Source of the DNA: a bacterium
GTDB taxonomy: Bacteria; Patescibacteriota; Saccharimonadia; Saccharimonadales; SZUA-47
Assembly (NCBI GenBank): GCA_030428125.1
Contig: JAUIBF010000001.1
Coordinates: 426,383 to 490,382 of the forward strand
DNA length: 64,000 bases
Direction: 5' to 3'
A model generated the notes under the pieces. That model was not told where the DNA came from and searched no databases. It saw only the letters and a program-made list of their open reading frames with translations. Shown piece after piece: positions 50,736 through 60,585 of the stretch (its first letter is position 1; every line of letters begins with the position of its first letter). The position numbers were made by a program, and so were the translations under genes.

Positions 50736-51248
50736 ATGTCGGAGTTACCAGACAAACAAGCAAAGAGATTAAAGGCATTAATAGAAGAGGCTGAGACCTC
50801 GCTAGGTGCTGCTAAAGAATTATTGATTAGCCTAGTAGGTGATGATCCTGTAGTTACTAACGCGGTAAAAGATGAAAACATTGGTAAAGTTATCGAAGGC
50901 GTTTTCGATGGTCAAAATATGGCAGGTGGCGACGGCAAAATGTATCCGGTTCCTGCTAATTACGCCTCCAAGTCCAAATTGGTTCAAGGAGATATTCTAA
51001 AACTGACAATCGCAGAAGACGGATCGTTCTTGTATAAGCAAATCGGCCCTATCCCTCGTAAACAAGTTGTTGGAACATTATCTCAAAAAGAGGGTCACTA
51101 CCTAGTTACAGTTGGCAAGAAAGAATACCGGGTATTGTTAGCAAGCGTTACTTATTTCAAAGCAAAGCCTGGCGACCAGGTAAGCATCAATATCCCAGAT
51201 GACGATTCGGTGGACGTAGAATGGGCAGCACTAGAAGCCGCATTGTAG
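50736..51248 (+). CDS. Hypothetical protein (170 aa)
   Basis: I prefer the ATG at 50736 (MSELPDKQAKRLK...), downstream of TTGACG-17/18-TATATA-like promoter elements at 50668-50697. Confidence 0.55.
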   Translation: MSELPDKQAKRLKALIEEAETSLGAAKELLISLVGDDPVVTNAVKDENIGKVIEGVFDGQNMAGGDGKMYPVPANYASKSKLVQGDILKLTIAEDGSFLYKQIGPIPRKQVVGTLSQKEGHYLVTVGKKEYRVLLASVTYFKAKPGDQVSINIPDDDSVDVEWAALEAAL

Positions 51249-51487
51249 TATCACTTTCGGTTGTAGCTGTAGCAGTGGTTATAGCTGTATTAGCGTTATT
51301 CATACCGTACAACACAGAAACTTTCAGTGCTACTTGCGCTGATGACGACCACTATAATGAAATAAAAAAGAGATACAGTTTACTTAAGAATACTAAGCCA
51401 AACTATCCTAGGATAAAGGAACTCTCTACGACGACTAGTCGATGCTTAAACCCACAGTTCATAACCATAAAGCATTATGTGATTTAG
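51221..51487 (+). CDS. Hypothetical small membrane-anchored protein (88 aa)
   Basis: N-terminal TM (IVVSLSVVAVAVVIAVLALFI). It overlaps the upstream ORF by 28 nt. Confidence 0.45.
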   Translation: MGSTRSRIVVSLSVVAVAVVIAVLALFIPYNTETFSATCADDDHYNEIKKRYSLLKNTKPNYPRIKELSTTTSRCLNPQFITIKHYVI

Positions 51488-51610
51488 CATAAGCTATATA
51501 GCGTGTGATAAAAATCACTTTACACCACATCTAGCGCAGAGTACTATATATTTAGTTCACCGAGAGGCGAATTAGCAAGGAGTCCTCCGGGGCACACCGG
51601 CGAACAAAGG

Positions 51611-51635
51611 AGAGCCCGTCAAACGGCTCTTTTTT
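51611..51635 (+). terminator. Intrinsic terminator
   Basis: AGAGCC (51611-51616) pairs with GGCTCT (51625-51630), followed by T6. Confidence 0.6.
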
Positions 51636-51767
51636 GTTTTCTATGAGACAAACAGTTCGTGTTTCTCATCGCTCATCGGCATAGCCGACCATAAATGGCA
51701 AGCTGAGCAAGCTCTTTTCCCTAAGCTTAACTAGAAAAACCTGCAGTCCAACATGTAAACTAAATTG

Positions 51768-52361
51768 ATGGCGAAGTTGTTTTTCAGGTATGGGGCAATG
51801 AACAGTGGTAAATCTACTGCTCTGATGCAAGTTGCTCACAATTATGAAGAGCGAGGGATGAATGTTTTGCTAGTAAAAGCCAAGGTGGATTCTAAAGGTG
51901 ATAACAAAGTTATATCTAGACTTGGAATAGAAAGAAAAGTAGATATCTTGGCTAGTAAGCAGGTAAATCTCTACCATACAATTAAGCAGTGGAACAAAGA
52001 TGTAGAAAAGGTATCGTGTGTTTTAGTCGACGAAGCGCAATTTTTAGAACCGACACACATTGATCAATTGTTTAACTTGACCGTTTACGATAACATTCCG
52101 GTGATAGCATACGGTCTGCGTTCTGATTTCCAAACTCAGTTATTCCCTGGCAGTCAACGTCTATTTGCACTCGCTCATTCTATTGAGGAGCTCAAAACTA
52201 TCTGCAGATGTGGCAGAAAAGCCATGCTCAATGCACGTAAAGTTGATGATGTATTTGTATTTACCGGCTCTCAGGTAGCTATAGACGGTGCAAGCAGTAC
52301 AACTTACGAAAGCCTATGTGGAAATTGCTATTTTGAAGAGTTAGAAAAAGCACATGGTTAA
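51768..52361 (+). CDS. tdk: Thymidine kinase
   Basis: YGAMNSGKST P-loop, VDEAQF, and C-terminal zinc ribbon cysteines (CRCGRKA...CGNCY). Confidence 0.93.
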   Translation: MAKLFFRYGAMNSGKSTALMQVAHNYEERGMNVLLVKAKVDSKGDNKVISRLGIERKVDILASKQVNLYHTIKQWNKDVEKVSCVLVDEAQFLEPTHIDQLFNLTVYDNIPVIAYGLRSDFQTQLFPGSQRLFALAHSIEELKTICRCGRKAMLNARKVDDVFVFTGSQVAIDGASSTTYESLCGNCYFEELEKAHG

Positions 52362-52388
52362 ACCACTTACCTCTGTTAAGATTCAATT

Positions 52389-53114
52389 ATGATGAATTTA
52401 CACAGAACAGCAGAGGTTCCGCAGTGGGATCTCGTAGAGCCACACGAAAGAAATAAGTGGCAAATACGTGCAGCCGAAACAAATGGCTGGGATACCCCTG
52501 CAAATAGAATTTCTGCACTTGGTCTAGCTTCGACATTAACCGGTTTGTTTCTTACAACTAGAAAGGGTGTAATCCCGAAAGTTGCAGGAGTAGGCTTGGT
52601 AGGTATTGGTAGATGGCAAGATATACGTGATGGAAAAAAAGCGGAAGAAACTGGCACTAAAAGCCCAACGGGTGAAGCTGTAGACGCTGCTATTGATAAA
52701 GTAGGATTAGCAGCTGCACTTGCATCGAACTTTGTCTCCAAAGCTGTCCCTACAGCAGAGATGGCTGCCCACGGTGCACAACAATTAATAGGGAATGTTC
52801 TACTTACTACTATTGCGAAAGTACGCGGTAATGAAATTCACCCAGGCTTTCTAGGTAAATCTGGAACTGGACTTTTGTGGCTATCTCTAGGTTCTCATCT
52901 AAGTGCGCTTGCTGCTCAAGAAGCCGGATTTGATGACGCTGCTGAAAAGTTTCGTACAGCTGGTACAAGGTTTGGTGGAGCAGCATTAGCATTAAATACT
53001 GCTGGAATGGTAGTTGATTACATACCTGCAGCTTTTGGCTCGGGAGGTATGACTGAAGCCCAAGAAACAGCCATGATACAAGGCGCAATTAGTGAACGTG
53101 GCCTTTGCACTTAA
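52389..53114 (+). CDS. CDP-alcohol phosphatidyltransferase-family membrane protein
   Basis: TPANRISALG and D(I)RDGKKAEETGTKSPTGEAVDAAIDK resemble the DG(x2)AR(x8)G(x3)D(x3)D motif, with Glu in place of Arg. Confidence 0.6.
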   Translation: MMNLHRTAEVPQWDLVEPHERNKWQIRAAETNGWDTPANRISALGLASTLTGLFLTTRKGVIPKVAGVGLVGIGRWQDIRDGKKAEETGTKSPTGEAVDAAIDKVGLAAALASNFVSKAVPTAEMAAHGAQQLIGNVLLTTIAKVRGNEIHPGFLGKSGTGLLWLSLGSHLSALAAQEAGFDDAAEKFRTAGTRFGGAALALNTAGMVVDYIPAAFGSGGMTEAQETAMIQGAISERGLCT

Positions 53115-53169
53115 CGTTGTTTATTAAAAACTACTATTAACTATCCCCGTTTGTCATAATGTTAGGACG

Positions 53170-54606
53170 ATGGGGAAGGCTCTATACCGGAAGTACCGGT
53201 CTAAAACACTGGATGAAGTAGTCGGTCAAAAACATATAACTGACACTCTAAATAATGCGTTAAAGAAAGACGCTATTTCTCATGCCTATTTATTTACTGG
53301 TCCCAGAGGAGTTGGAAAAACTTCTGTAGCTAGGATTTTGGCTCATGAGATTAACGGTTTACCTTATGACGAGGAATCTACACACCTAGACATAATTGAA
53401 ATTGATGCTGCCAGCAACCGCCGTATCGACGAAATACGTGATTTGCGTGACAAAGTTCATATCGCACCTACGAGCGCAAAGTATAAGGTATACATTATAG
53501 ACGAAGTTCACATGCTTACTCGTGAGGCATTTAACGCGCTTCTGAAGACACTCGAGGAGCCACCGGAACACGCAGTATTTATCTTGGCTACCACTGAAGC
53601 ACACAAGGTACCAGAAACAATTATCAGTCGCACGCAGCAATTCAGTTTCAAGCCGATTGATAATGAACACGCCGTATTGCATTTACGCATGATTGCAGAC
53701 AAAGAAAACTTAGACATCAGCGATAAAGCTCTGTCCTTAATAGCTAGGCACGGAGGGGGAAGTTTCCGCGACAGTATAAGCATGCTAGACCAACTTGCTG
53801 GATTATCAGAAAAATCAATTGACGATAAAGAAGTGGCTCAACTTCTTGGAGTTCCCGACGACGAATTATTAGACAGCTTGATAGGCCATGTCTCAGATGG
53901 TGAAGTCGAAAACTTGTTCTTGGCCGTAACTAAGCTTCGAGAACACGGCGCTTCTCCGAGTAATATTTCGCAGAGACTAATTGAGAAACTTAGAGCTGGT
54001 GTCATGAACAATAACTTAACGATGTCGAATACTAAAGCAATTAAACTAATGAAAGACCTGCTCGGCTATACCGGTGCTCACAGTTCGTTTGAAGCAATTG
54101 AAATTGCACTACTCGACGCTGTGGAATTTTCTGAGCAACCGAAAGTCAAAGCAGTAGAGGATGTGCAGAAAACTAAAGAAGTTGAATCCCTGCCTGAGGA
54201 TACAACCGTTGTCACTATTGAACCAGAAGAGCAAAATATTGAAGTTTCAGCTGATAATTTGACAAACGAAATCGATAAAAACTGGGATACAGTCCTAAAA
54301 GCTCTAAAAACAAAAAACAATACCCTGTACGGAGTTTTACGTATGGCTGATGCGCAAATTGTTGGTGATAAAATTACATTGACGTTTAAATTCGAATTTC
54401 ATAAAAAACAATTAAAACAGAACAAGAATCTTGAGATGCTTCATGGAGTGATTGTCGATAACTTGGGCAAAAAATACGAACTAGAGCTTATCGTCAAAAA
54501 AAGTGATAAAAAAGATCAAAAACCTAGTGAAATTTCCAGTAAAAATGATGAAGCTATTACAAGCGTGAGCAATATCTTTGGTGGCGCAGAATTGTTAGAA
54601 TCATAA
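53170..54606 (+). CDS. dnaX: DNA polymerase III subunit gamma/tau
   Basis: YRKYRSKTLDEVVGQKHI, GPRGVGKTS, IIDEVHML and SRTQQF; 478 aa. Confidence 0.94.
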   Translation: MGKALYRKYRSKTLDEVVGQKHITDTLNNALKKDAISHAYLFTGPRGVGKTSVARILAHEINGLPYDEESTHLDIIEIDAASNRRIDEIRDLRDKVHIAPTSAKYKVYIIDEVHMLTREAFNALLKTLEEPPEHAVFILATTEAHKVPETIISRTQQFSFKPIDNEHAVLHLRMIADKENLDISDKALSLIARHGGGSFRDSISMLDQLAGLSEKSIDDKEVAQLLGVPDDELLDSLIGHVSDGEVENLFLAVTKLREHGASPSNISQRLIEKLRAGVMNNNLTMSNTKAIKLMKDLLGYTGAHSSFEAIEIALLDAVEFSEQPKVKAVEDVQKTKEVESLPEDTTVVTIEPEEQNIEVSADNLTNEIDKNWDTVLKALKTKNNTLYGVLRMADAQIVGDKITLTFKFEFHKKQLKQNKNLEMLHGVIVDNLGKKYELELIVKKSDKKDQKPSEISSKNDEAITSVSNIFGGAELLES

Positions 54607-54615
54607 AGTATAGAT

Positions 54616-55968
54616 ATGAATCCGAGAGAATTACCATCAAGTACCGATATAGAGGCTAGCGTATTAGGTGCTGTATTGATAGACCCCGATGCCATTGTAA
54701 AAGTGGCAGATGTTATTCGTCCAATAGATTTCTACGATGATAGGCACAGGCAAATCTATGAAGCATGCTTGAGATTATATGAACAGCAAACTCCCATAGA
54801 CATTTTGACACTGAGTGAAGAGTTGAGAACCGAAGGAGTATTGCAAGAAGTAGGAGGTAGCTCGTACCTTACACAGCTGACAAATACCGTGCCGACTAGT
54901 GCTAATGCCGAACAATATGCATCAATTATCGCAACAAAATCTATTAGGCGAAAACTTATAAATGCCAGTAAAGAAATTGCGGAAATCGGACATGATGAAA
55001 AACGAACAGTTGCAGAGCTTGTTGAGGAGGCAGAATCTAGGCTGTTTGAAGTCAGTCAACGACACGTCGGAAATGACGTAGTAAGTTTGGAGAATATCTT
55101 GGCTGAAAGCTTCGATAGGCTCGATTCACTGCACAAAGACAAGGGGACGATACGTGGAATACCAACTGGATTTAAGGACATGGATTCCACATTAGCAGGG
55201 TTTCAGAGAAGTGATTTAATAATCTTGGCAGCCAGGCCGTCAATGGGCAAGACGGCGATGGCGTTAAATTTAGCACAAAACATAGCTGTTAAATCAGAAC
55301 AACCTGTACTGCTGTTCTCATTAGAAATGAGCAAGGAGCAGCTAGTGGATAGGATGCTAGCGTCAGAAGCTGGAGTAAATTCTTGGAATTTAAGAACAGG
55401 AAACCTGACTGATAGCGATTTCGAAAAAATTGGTCACGCAATGGGATCTTTAGGCGAGGCGCAGTTATTCATAGATGACACACCCGGCATTACCGTCAGT
55501 GACTTGCGCACCAAAGCAAGACGCGAGGCTCACAAACGTGAATTAGGGTTAATTATAGTCGACTACTTACAGCTAATGAGTGGAGGCAGTAAGTTCGGTG
55601 GCTCGGAAAATCGCGTCCAAGAAATTTCTGAAATCTCTAGAGGTCTAAAAAGCGTTGCACGTGAGCTAAACGTACCAATCCTTGCTCTGTCACAGCTTAG
55701 TCGTTCAGTAGAAAGTAGAAGCCCACAAATTCCTCAGCTAGCTGACTTGCGTGAATCCGGTTCTATCGAGCAGGATGCCGACGTAGTGATGTTCCTCTAC
55801 AGAGACGATTATTACAATCCGGACACCAGTGAAAAACCAAATATACTTGACATATTTATCAAGAAACATAGAAACGGTCCAACGGGCAAGGTTGAGCTGT
55901 ACTTTGACAGGGAACGTCAAAAAATGCTGAATTTAGACACTAAACACGCCCCTCCGTTTGATAATTAA
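54616..55968 (+). CDS. dnaB: Replicative DNA helicase DnaB
   Basis: PSSTDIEASVLGAVLIDP N-terminal domain, Walker A ARPSMGKTA and a RecA-like C-terminal domain. At 450 aa there is no intein. Confidence 0.95.
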   Translation: MNPRELPSSTDIEASVLGAVLIDPDAIVKVADVIRPIDFYDDRHRQIYEACLRLYEQQTPIDILTLSEELRTEGVLQEVGGSSYLTQLTNTVPTSANAEQYASIIATKSIRRKLINASKEIAEIGHDEKRTVAELVEEAESRLFEVSQRHVGNDVVSLENILAESFDRLDSLHKDKGTIRGIPTGFKDMDSTLAGFQRSDLIILAARPSMGKTAMALNLAQNIAVKSEQPVLLFSLEMSKEQLVDRMLASEAGVNSWNLRTGNLTDSDFEKIGHAMGSLGEAQLFIDDTPGITVSDLRTKARREAHKRELGLIIVDYLQLMSGGSKFGGSENRVQEISEISRGLKSVARELNVPILALSQLSRSVESRSPQIPQLADLRESGSIEQDADVVMFLYRDDYYNPDTSEKPNILDIFIKKHRNGPTGKVELYFDRERQKMLNLDTKHAPPFDN

Positions 55969-55980
55969 TCTGTTATACTT

Positions 55981-57204
55981 ATGTTTAAGGTGAAAAGTAA
56001 GTCTACTCCATCGATGAAGGAAATGGGTAAATCCTTGCTGGATTTTCTGTGGCAAAGGCAAACTATTTATTTTGTTCTACTTTTAGCAATATTGATTACA
56101 CTTGTATTTAATTTGAGCATTATACCAACGAATTCTGCATCCCAGGAAGTAGAATATGTACAGTCAAATAGTCAGTTTAGTGACCTAGGAGATAACCCAC
56201 TTTACCTGCCGCATAAGCTAGCTACATTCGCTATACATGAGGTCACAACAAGCGTTAGATTTGTAAGAGCTATTAGTATAATATTTTTTGGAGTTTGCAC
56301 AGTTGCACTTTATAGATTCTTAAAACGTTGGCATAGCGACAAAATAGCTTTGTTTAGTTCGGTAATGTTCGCGACGAACGCGGTAGTCCTGGCAGTCGCC
56401 AGACTCGCATCTCCAGACGTCTTATTGTTCAGTTGGGCAATTGTTATATCGATGTTGCTTTGGATACATCACGGAACTTCTCGCAGAATTGCACCTCTTG
56501 CTCTAGCGCTGATAGGCACTGCGCTTATCTACATTCCGGGAGCACCTTACTTTTTCATTCTGTTGCTAATTTTGTTCGCTAATAAAATAAAAAGTACTTT
56601 TACCAATATGAAGCGTTCGTCTTTTTATATAAGTCTGTTTCTGGGCATAATAGTACTAGCACCACTTATAGTTAGTTTTGTATTAGATCCGGGGCTATTT
56701 AAGTCTTGGTTGCTACTACCTGCTAGCATCGAATTAGGCGACGTGCCTATGAACATCCTTGAAGTACCTTCAGCCTTTGTTTATCAATCGCCAGTCTACC
56801 CATTACTGAACGTTGGAAAACTGCCCATATTTGATGTTGCATCAGGTGGAATGTTCTTGATTGGTTTGTATGCATACCAAAAGTACATCAAACTAGAGCG
56901 AACCAAAATCATGATTCTGACAGCAGCATTAGGTTTAATTCTTGGAGCGTTAGGTCAAACATTAATAGCGATTATTATCTTACTTCCGTTTACGTATAGC
57001 GTGATCGGAGCGGGAATAAGTTTCATCTTAGATGAATGGTATTCCGTATTTCCTAAAAATCCCTTTGCAAGAAGCTTTGGACTAATTCTGGTAACACTTG
57101 TCATTCTAATGAGCGTTTATTACCAGCTCACAAGATTCCTAGTCGTATGGGTAAATGCCCCCGAAACACGTGAGACTTATAACCAATCTAGAATTATTCA
57201 ATAA
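55981..57204 (+). CDS. Polytopic membrane protein (possibly GT-C/PMT_2-like glycosyltransferase)
   Basis: About 11 predicted hydrophobic segments. The family assignment is tentative. Confidence 0.4.
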   Translation: MFKVKSKSTPSMKEMGKSLLDFLWQRQTIYFVLLLAILITLVFNLSIIPTNSASQEVEYVQSNSQFSDLGDNPLYLPHKLATFAIHEVTTSVRFVRAISIIFFGVCTVALYRFLKRWHSDKIALFSSVMFATNAVVLAVARLASPDVLLFSWAIVISMLLWIHHGTSRRIAPLALALIGTALIYIPGAPYFFILLLILFANKIKSTFTNMKRSSFYISLFLGIIVLAPLIVSFVLDPGLFKSWLLLPASIELGDVPMNILEVPSAFVYQSPVYPLLNVGKLPIFDVASGGMFLIGLYAYQKYIKLERTKIMILTAALGLILGALGQTLIAIIILLPFTYSVIGAGISFILDEWYSVFPKNPFARSFGLILVTLVILMSVYYQLTRFLVVWVNAPETRETYNQSRIIQ

Positions 57205-57254
57205 TGCGCAAGGGTAATCTGTATAATAAATAGTTAGAAAAGGAGAGTTTAGAA

Positions 57255-57548
57255 GTGAGCAAATTTGACCAAGCGAAAATGTTAATGAAAATGCGAAAAG
57301 TCCAAAAAGAACTTCAAAAAGAAATCGTTCGAGCAGAAGCCGGTGACGGAGCAGTAATCGTTGAGGTTAACGGAGAAATGAAAATTAAAAATGTCACTAT
57401 TGATCCAGATTCTGTGGACTTAAATGATATTGGTCAGTTAGAAAACTGGGTGGAAGAAGCCGTAAAAGCGGCAATAGCACAAAGCCAAAAGATGGCAGCC
57501 GAAAAAATGCAACCGATGATGGGTGGCCTAGGCAACCTCGGAATGTAA
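57255..57548 (+). CDS. ybaB: Nucleoid-associated protein YbaB/EbfC
   Basis: GTG start behind SD AAAGGAGAG, with a YbaB-like sequence (MRKVQKELQKEIVRAEAGDGAVIVEVNGEMKIKNVTIDP). Confidence 0.88.
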   Translation: MSKFDQAKMLMKMRKVQKELQKEIVRAEAGDGAVIVEVNGEMKIKNVTIDPDSVDLNDIGQLENWVEEAVKAAIAQSQKMAAEKMQPMMGGLGNLGM

Positions 57549-57570
57549 GCTTTAAAATAAAGAGTTAGTT

Positions 57571-58176
57571 TTGAGAATTCTACCTAAAGCACTTGAAGAT
57601 CTTATCGAAGCCTTGTCGCAACTTCCTGGAGTAGGTCCACGAAGTGCAGAGAGGTATGCTTACTATTTGCTAAAAGCAGACTCCACTAAAAGCCAAAAAC
57701 TGGCTGGAGCACTTTCAAAAACTCATTCATCGATTAAATATTGTCCAACGACGTTTGCGCTTATAGATGCAAATGAAGATGCATCACACTTGTATACTGA
57801 CGAGAAGCGCGATAAAACAACTATTGCGCTGGTTGCCGACCCGTTTGATATACCTGCAATTGAAAAAACTACACTGTACAACGGAACTTATCACGTGCTC
57901 GGTGGATTAATCTCTCCTCTCGATGGCATAGGGCCTGAGCAATTGCACATCCCTGAATTAATCAGCCGGATTGAAAAAGACAAAGTTAGCGAAATCATTA
58001 TGGCTACCAATGCAAGCGTGGAGGGTGAAACGACTGCACTATACATTCAACAACAGCTTGAAGGGAAAGACTTAAAAATAACACGCCTAGCACGTGGACT
58101 ACCGATTGGGGTAGATCTAGAGTATGCGGACCAAATAACGCTTGGGCGAGCCTTGGAAGGACGACAGAGTATATAA
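57571..58176 (+). CDS. recR: Recombination protein RecR (C4 zinc-finger cysteines absent)
   Basis: HhH N-terminus (LIEALSQLPGVGPRSAERYAYYLL) and a Toprim domain. Only one Cys (YCPTTF) sits where the CxxC...CxxC finger normally lies. Confidence 0.88.
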   Translation: MRILPKALEDLIEALSQLPGVGPRSAERYAYYLLKADSTKSQKLAGALSKTHSSIKYCPTTFALIDANEDASHLYTDEKRDKTTIALVADPFDIPAIEKTTLYNGTYHVLGGLISPLDGIGPEQLHIPELISRIEKDKVSEIIMATNASVEGETTALYIQQQLEGKDLKITRLARGLPIGVDLEYADQITLGRALEGRQSI

Positions 58177-58195
58177 ACTGATATACTAGAGCGAA

Positions 58196-59206
58196 ATGGA
58201 CTACAGCGAATTAAACAAAATTGTTGAAGATGCTAATCACATTGTAATACTGCAAGCCGACAACCCTGACGGAGATTCGCTAGGAAGCGCTTTGGCACTG
58301 GAAGCAATCTTGTCAGAATTAGGTAAAAAAACGACTCTTGTTTGTGCAATCGATATTCCAGCACATTTAAAGTATTTAAATGGCTGGGATAGGGTTGTAA
58401 AGGAAATACCCAATAATTTTGACGCCAGTGTTATTGTCGATACCAGCACAGAATCACTGTTTGAAAATGCAAACGGCACTCAGGGCATGGAGTGGATTAA
58501 AACAAAGCCAGTAGTTGTGCTAGACCATCACACCGAAAGCCCGGGGATAAGCTTTGCAACTGTCGAAGTAAATGAGCCTGTGGTCGCAACTGGTGAGTTA
58601 ATTTATAAAATCGCCAAAAAACTAAACTGGCCACTACCCGTTGATGCCTGCGAAATGTTGGCAACATCTATTATGTCGGACAGTCTGGGATTAACCACAG
58701 ATGCTACTACTCCAGAAAGTTTCAGGACTATGGCTGACTTGGTTGAGGCTGGCGTTGATATGTCTAAACTCGATGCGGCACGGCGAGAACTTATGAAAAA
58801 AGAACCTGAGCTTATTCCGTATAAGGGCGATCTCTTAAACAGGGTACGGTTTGAGCTAGATGGCCAGCTAGCTACTATTGGTATCCCGTGGGCAGAAATT
58901 GAAAAATACAGCCCAATTTATAACCCAACTATGCTAGTTATGGATGATATGCGAATGACTGTAGGCGTAAAGCTAGCTATCGGTTACAAAATCTACAATG
59001 ACGGTAAAGTAACGGCGAAAATTCGCTGCAATTATGGCTATGGCATTGCTAATTCTATCGCCGAACATTTTGGTGGAGGTGGTCACCCGTATGCAGCTGG
59101 GTTTAAAGTCCTGGATGGTACTTCGATAGAAGATATCAAAAAAAGAGTTAACGCTAAGACACGAGAACTGCTTGATAGCTTAAATACTAAGGAAACGAAA
59201 CAGTAG
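58196..59206 (+). CDS. DHH/DHHA1 phosphoesterase (NrnA-like)
   Basis: ADNPDGDSLGS, DHH (LDHHTES) and GGGHPYAAGF motifs; 336 aa. Confidence 0.85.
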   Translation: MDYSELNKIVEDANHIVILQADNPDGDSLGSALALEAILSELGKKTTLVCAIDIPAHLKYLNGWDRVVKEIPNNFDASVIVDTSTESLFENANGTQGMEWIKTKPVVVLDHHTESPGISFATVEVNEPVVATGELIYKIAKKLNWPLPVDACEMLATSIMSDSLGLTTDATTPESFRTMADLVEAGVDMSKLDAARRELMKKEPELIPYKGDLLNRVRFELDGQLATIGIPWAEIEKYSPIYNPTMLVMDDMRMTVGVKLAIGYKIYNDGKVTAKIRCNYGYGIANSIAEHFGGGGHPYAAGFKVLDGTSIEDIKKRVNAKTRELLDSLNTKETKQ

Positions 59207-59211
59207 TTAGT

Positions 59212-60585
59212 ATGCAGATATATAACACTCTCACCAGAAAGCAAGAAGAATTTACTCCAGGCAACCAAGAGCATATCAAAATATATTCCTGTGGATTGAC
59301 TGTTTATAGTCACCCACACATAGGTAACTGGGTCGGCTATATTTACTGGGATGTGCTACAGCGCTATTACGAAGAAGTTGGGATTGAAGTTGAGCGAGTT
59401 CAAAACATTACGGACGTTGGACACTTGGTAAGCGATGACGACTCAGGTGAAGACAAAATGGAAAAAGGCGCTAAAGCAGAAGGTAAAACTGCTTGGGAGG
59501 TTGCCGATAAATACATAGAGATTGCGAACAGAGAAGGTTACGAAGTTCTTAGACTTCGTAAACCAAAACTTATTCGAGCAACAGACTTAATTAAAGAACA
59601 GATCGAATTCGTAGAAGAGCTAGAAAAAAAAGGTTTTACATACCGGATAGATGGTGAGGGTATCTATTTCGACACTTCTAAACTATCGGATTATGGCAAG
59701 CTTGCGAGGCTAGATATAAAAGGACTCGAAGAAGGCGCAAGAGTCAAGGTTGATGGTAAAAAGAACCCTACAGATTTTGCACTTTGGAAGTTTTCCCCTA
59801 AAGACCAAAAACGCGATATGGAATGGGAAAGTCCGTGGGGAACAGGATTCCCTGGGTGGCATTTAGAATGCTCTGTAATTGCTAGAACAGCCCTAGGTGA
59901 CCAAATACATGCCCACACAGGTGGCATTGATCATATACCTGTTCACCACACAAATGAAATAGCTCAGACAGAGTCTGTAACCGGAAAACAATTCTCTAAG
60001 TTCTGGCTACACAATAATCACATCAAGGTAGACGGCACTAAAATGTCAAAATCATTAGGTAATGTATATACTCTTGTGGATATAGAGGAGCGAGGTTATG
60101 ATCCACAGGCCTTTAAAGTTTTGGTCCTGTCGAAACATTACCAAACTGAAGGCAACTTTACGTGGGAGATTCTTGATGCTTCACAAAATAGACTAAAAAA
60201 CTGGTATGCTGTTGCTGACCTCGCCTGGCAGTTACCTAACGTCGAACAAAAAAACCAATCTACTTTCATTAATGACGTGATGGAGGCAGTTGGTGATGAT
60301 TTAGACACACCAAAAGCACTGAATATAATTGATGAAAAGTTCAATGCACTAGTTAATGCAAATCTATCTCCATCCCTGCGAGAACTTGAATTTATTGACA
60401 ATTTGTTGGGAATTAAACTAGCCGGTGAAGATATTTCCGAAAGACTTAAATCAAAACTCTTAGAGCGTAAAAATGCCCGCGACTCGAAGGACTGGGAAGC
60501 CAGCGACAGAATCCGTGATGAACTAAAAGAAGAAGGAATAGGCTTGAACGACAGTACCACAGGCCAAACCTGGTACAGAATCTAG
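59212..60585 (+). CDS. cysS: Cysteine--tRNA ligase
   Basis: IYSCGLTVYSHPHIGN (HIGH region), KMSKSLGN and a C-terminal anticodon-binding region; 457 aa. Confidence 0.95.
   Translation: MQIYNTLTRKQEEFTPGNQEHIKIYSCGLTVYSHPHIGNWVGYIYWDVLQRYYEEVGIEVERVQNITDVGHLVSDDDSGEDKMEKGAKAEGKTAWEVADKYIEIANREGYEVLRLRKPKLIRATDLIKEQIEFVEELEKKGFTYRIDGEGIYFDTSKLSDYGKLARLDIKGLEEGARVKVDGKKNPTDFALWKFSPKDQKRDMEWESPWGTGFPGWHLECSVIARTALGDQIHAHTGGIDHIPVHHTNEIAQTESVTGKQFSKFWLHNNHIKVDGTKMSKSLGNVYTLVDIEERGYDPQAFKVLVLSKHYQTEGNFTWEILDASQNRLKNWYAVADLAWQLPNVEQKNQSTFINDVMEAVGDDLDTPKALNIIDEKFNALVNANLSPSLRELEFIDNLLGIKLAGEDISERLKSKLLERKNARDSKDWEASDRIRDELKEEGIGLNDSTTGQTWYRI

Noticed and set aside
51530-51635. Possible match of the tdk-upstream element to ZTP (pfl) or ykkC-family riboswitches, based on shared short strings (GGCGAAC, CCGAGAG, ACAC..GGCG).
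   Set aside because: The strings occur in a different order and spacing from the consensus as I remember it. The required pseudoknot partner (CCGCC) is absent, and the gene context (tdk) does not fit. I report it as an unassigned RNA candidate only.
54480-54520. A-rich runs (GTC AAA AAA AGT, GAT AAA AAA GAT) in dnaX, considered as a possible programmed -1 frameshift site producing a gamma subunit.
   Set aside because: They lie about 40 codons before the normal stop, so a frameshift would barely shorten the protein. No downstream stem-loop is present.
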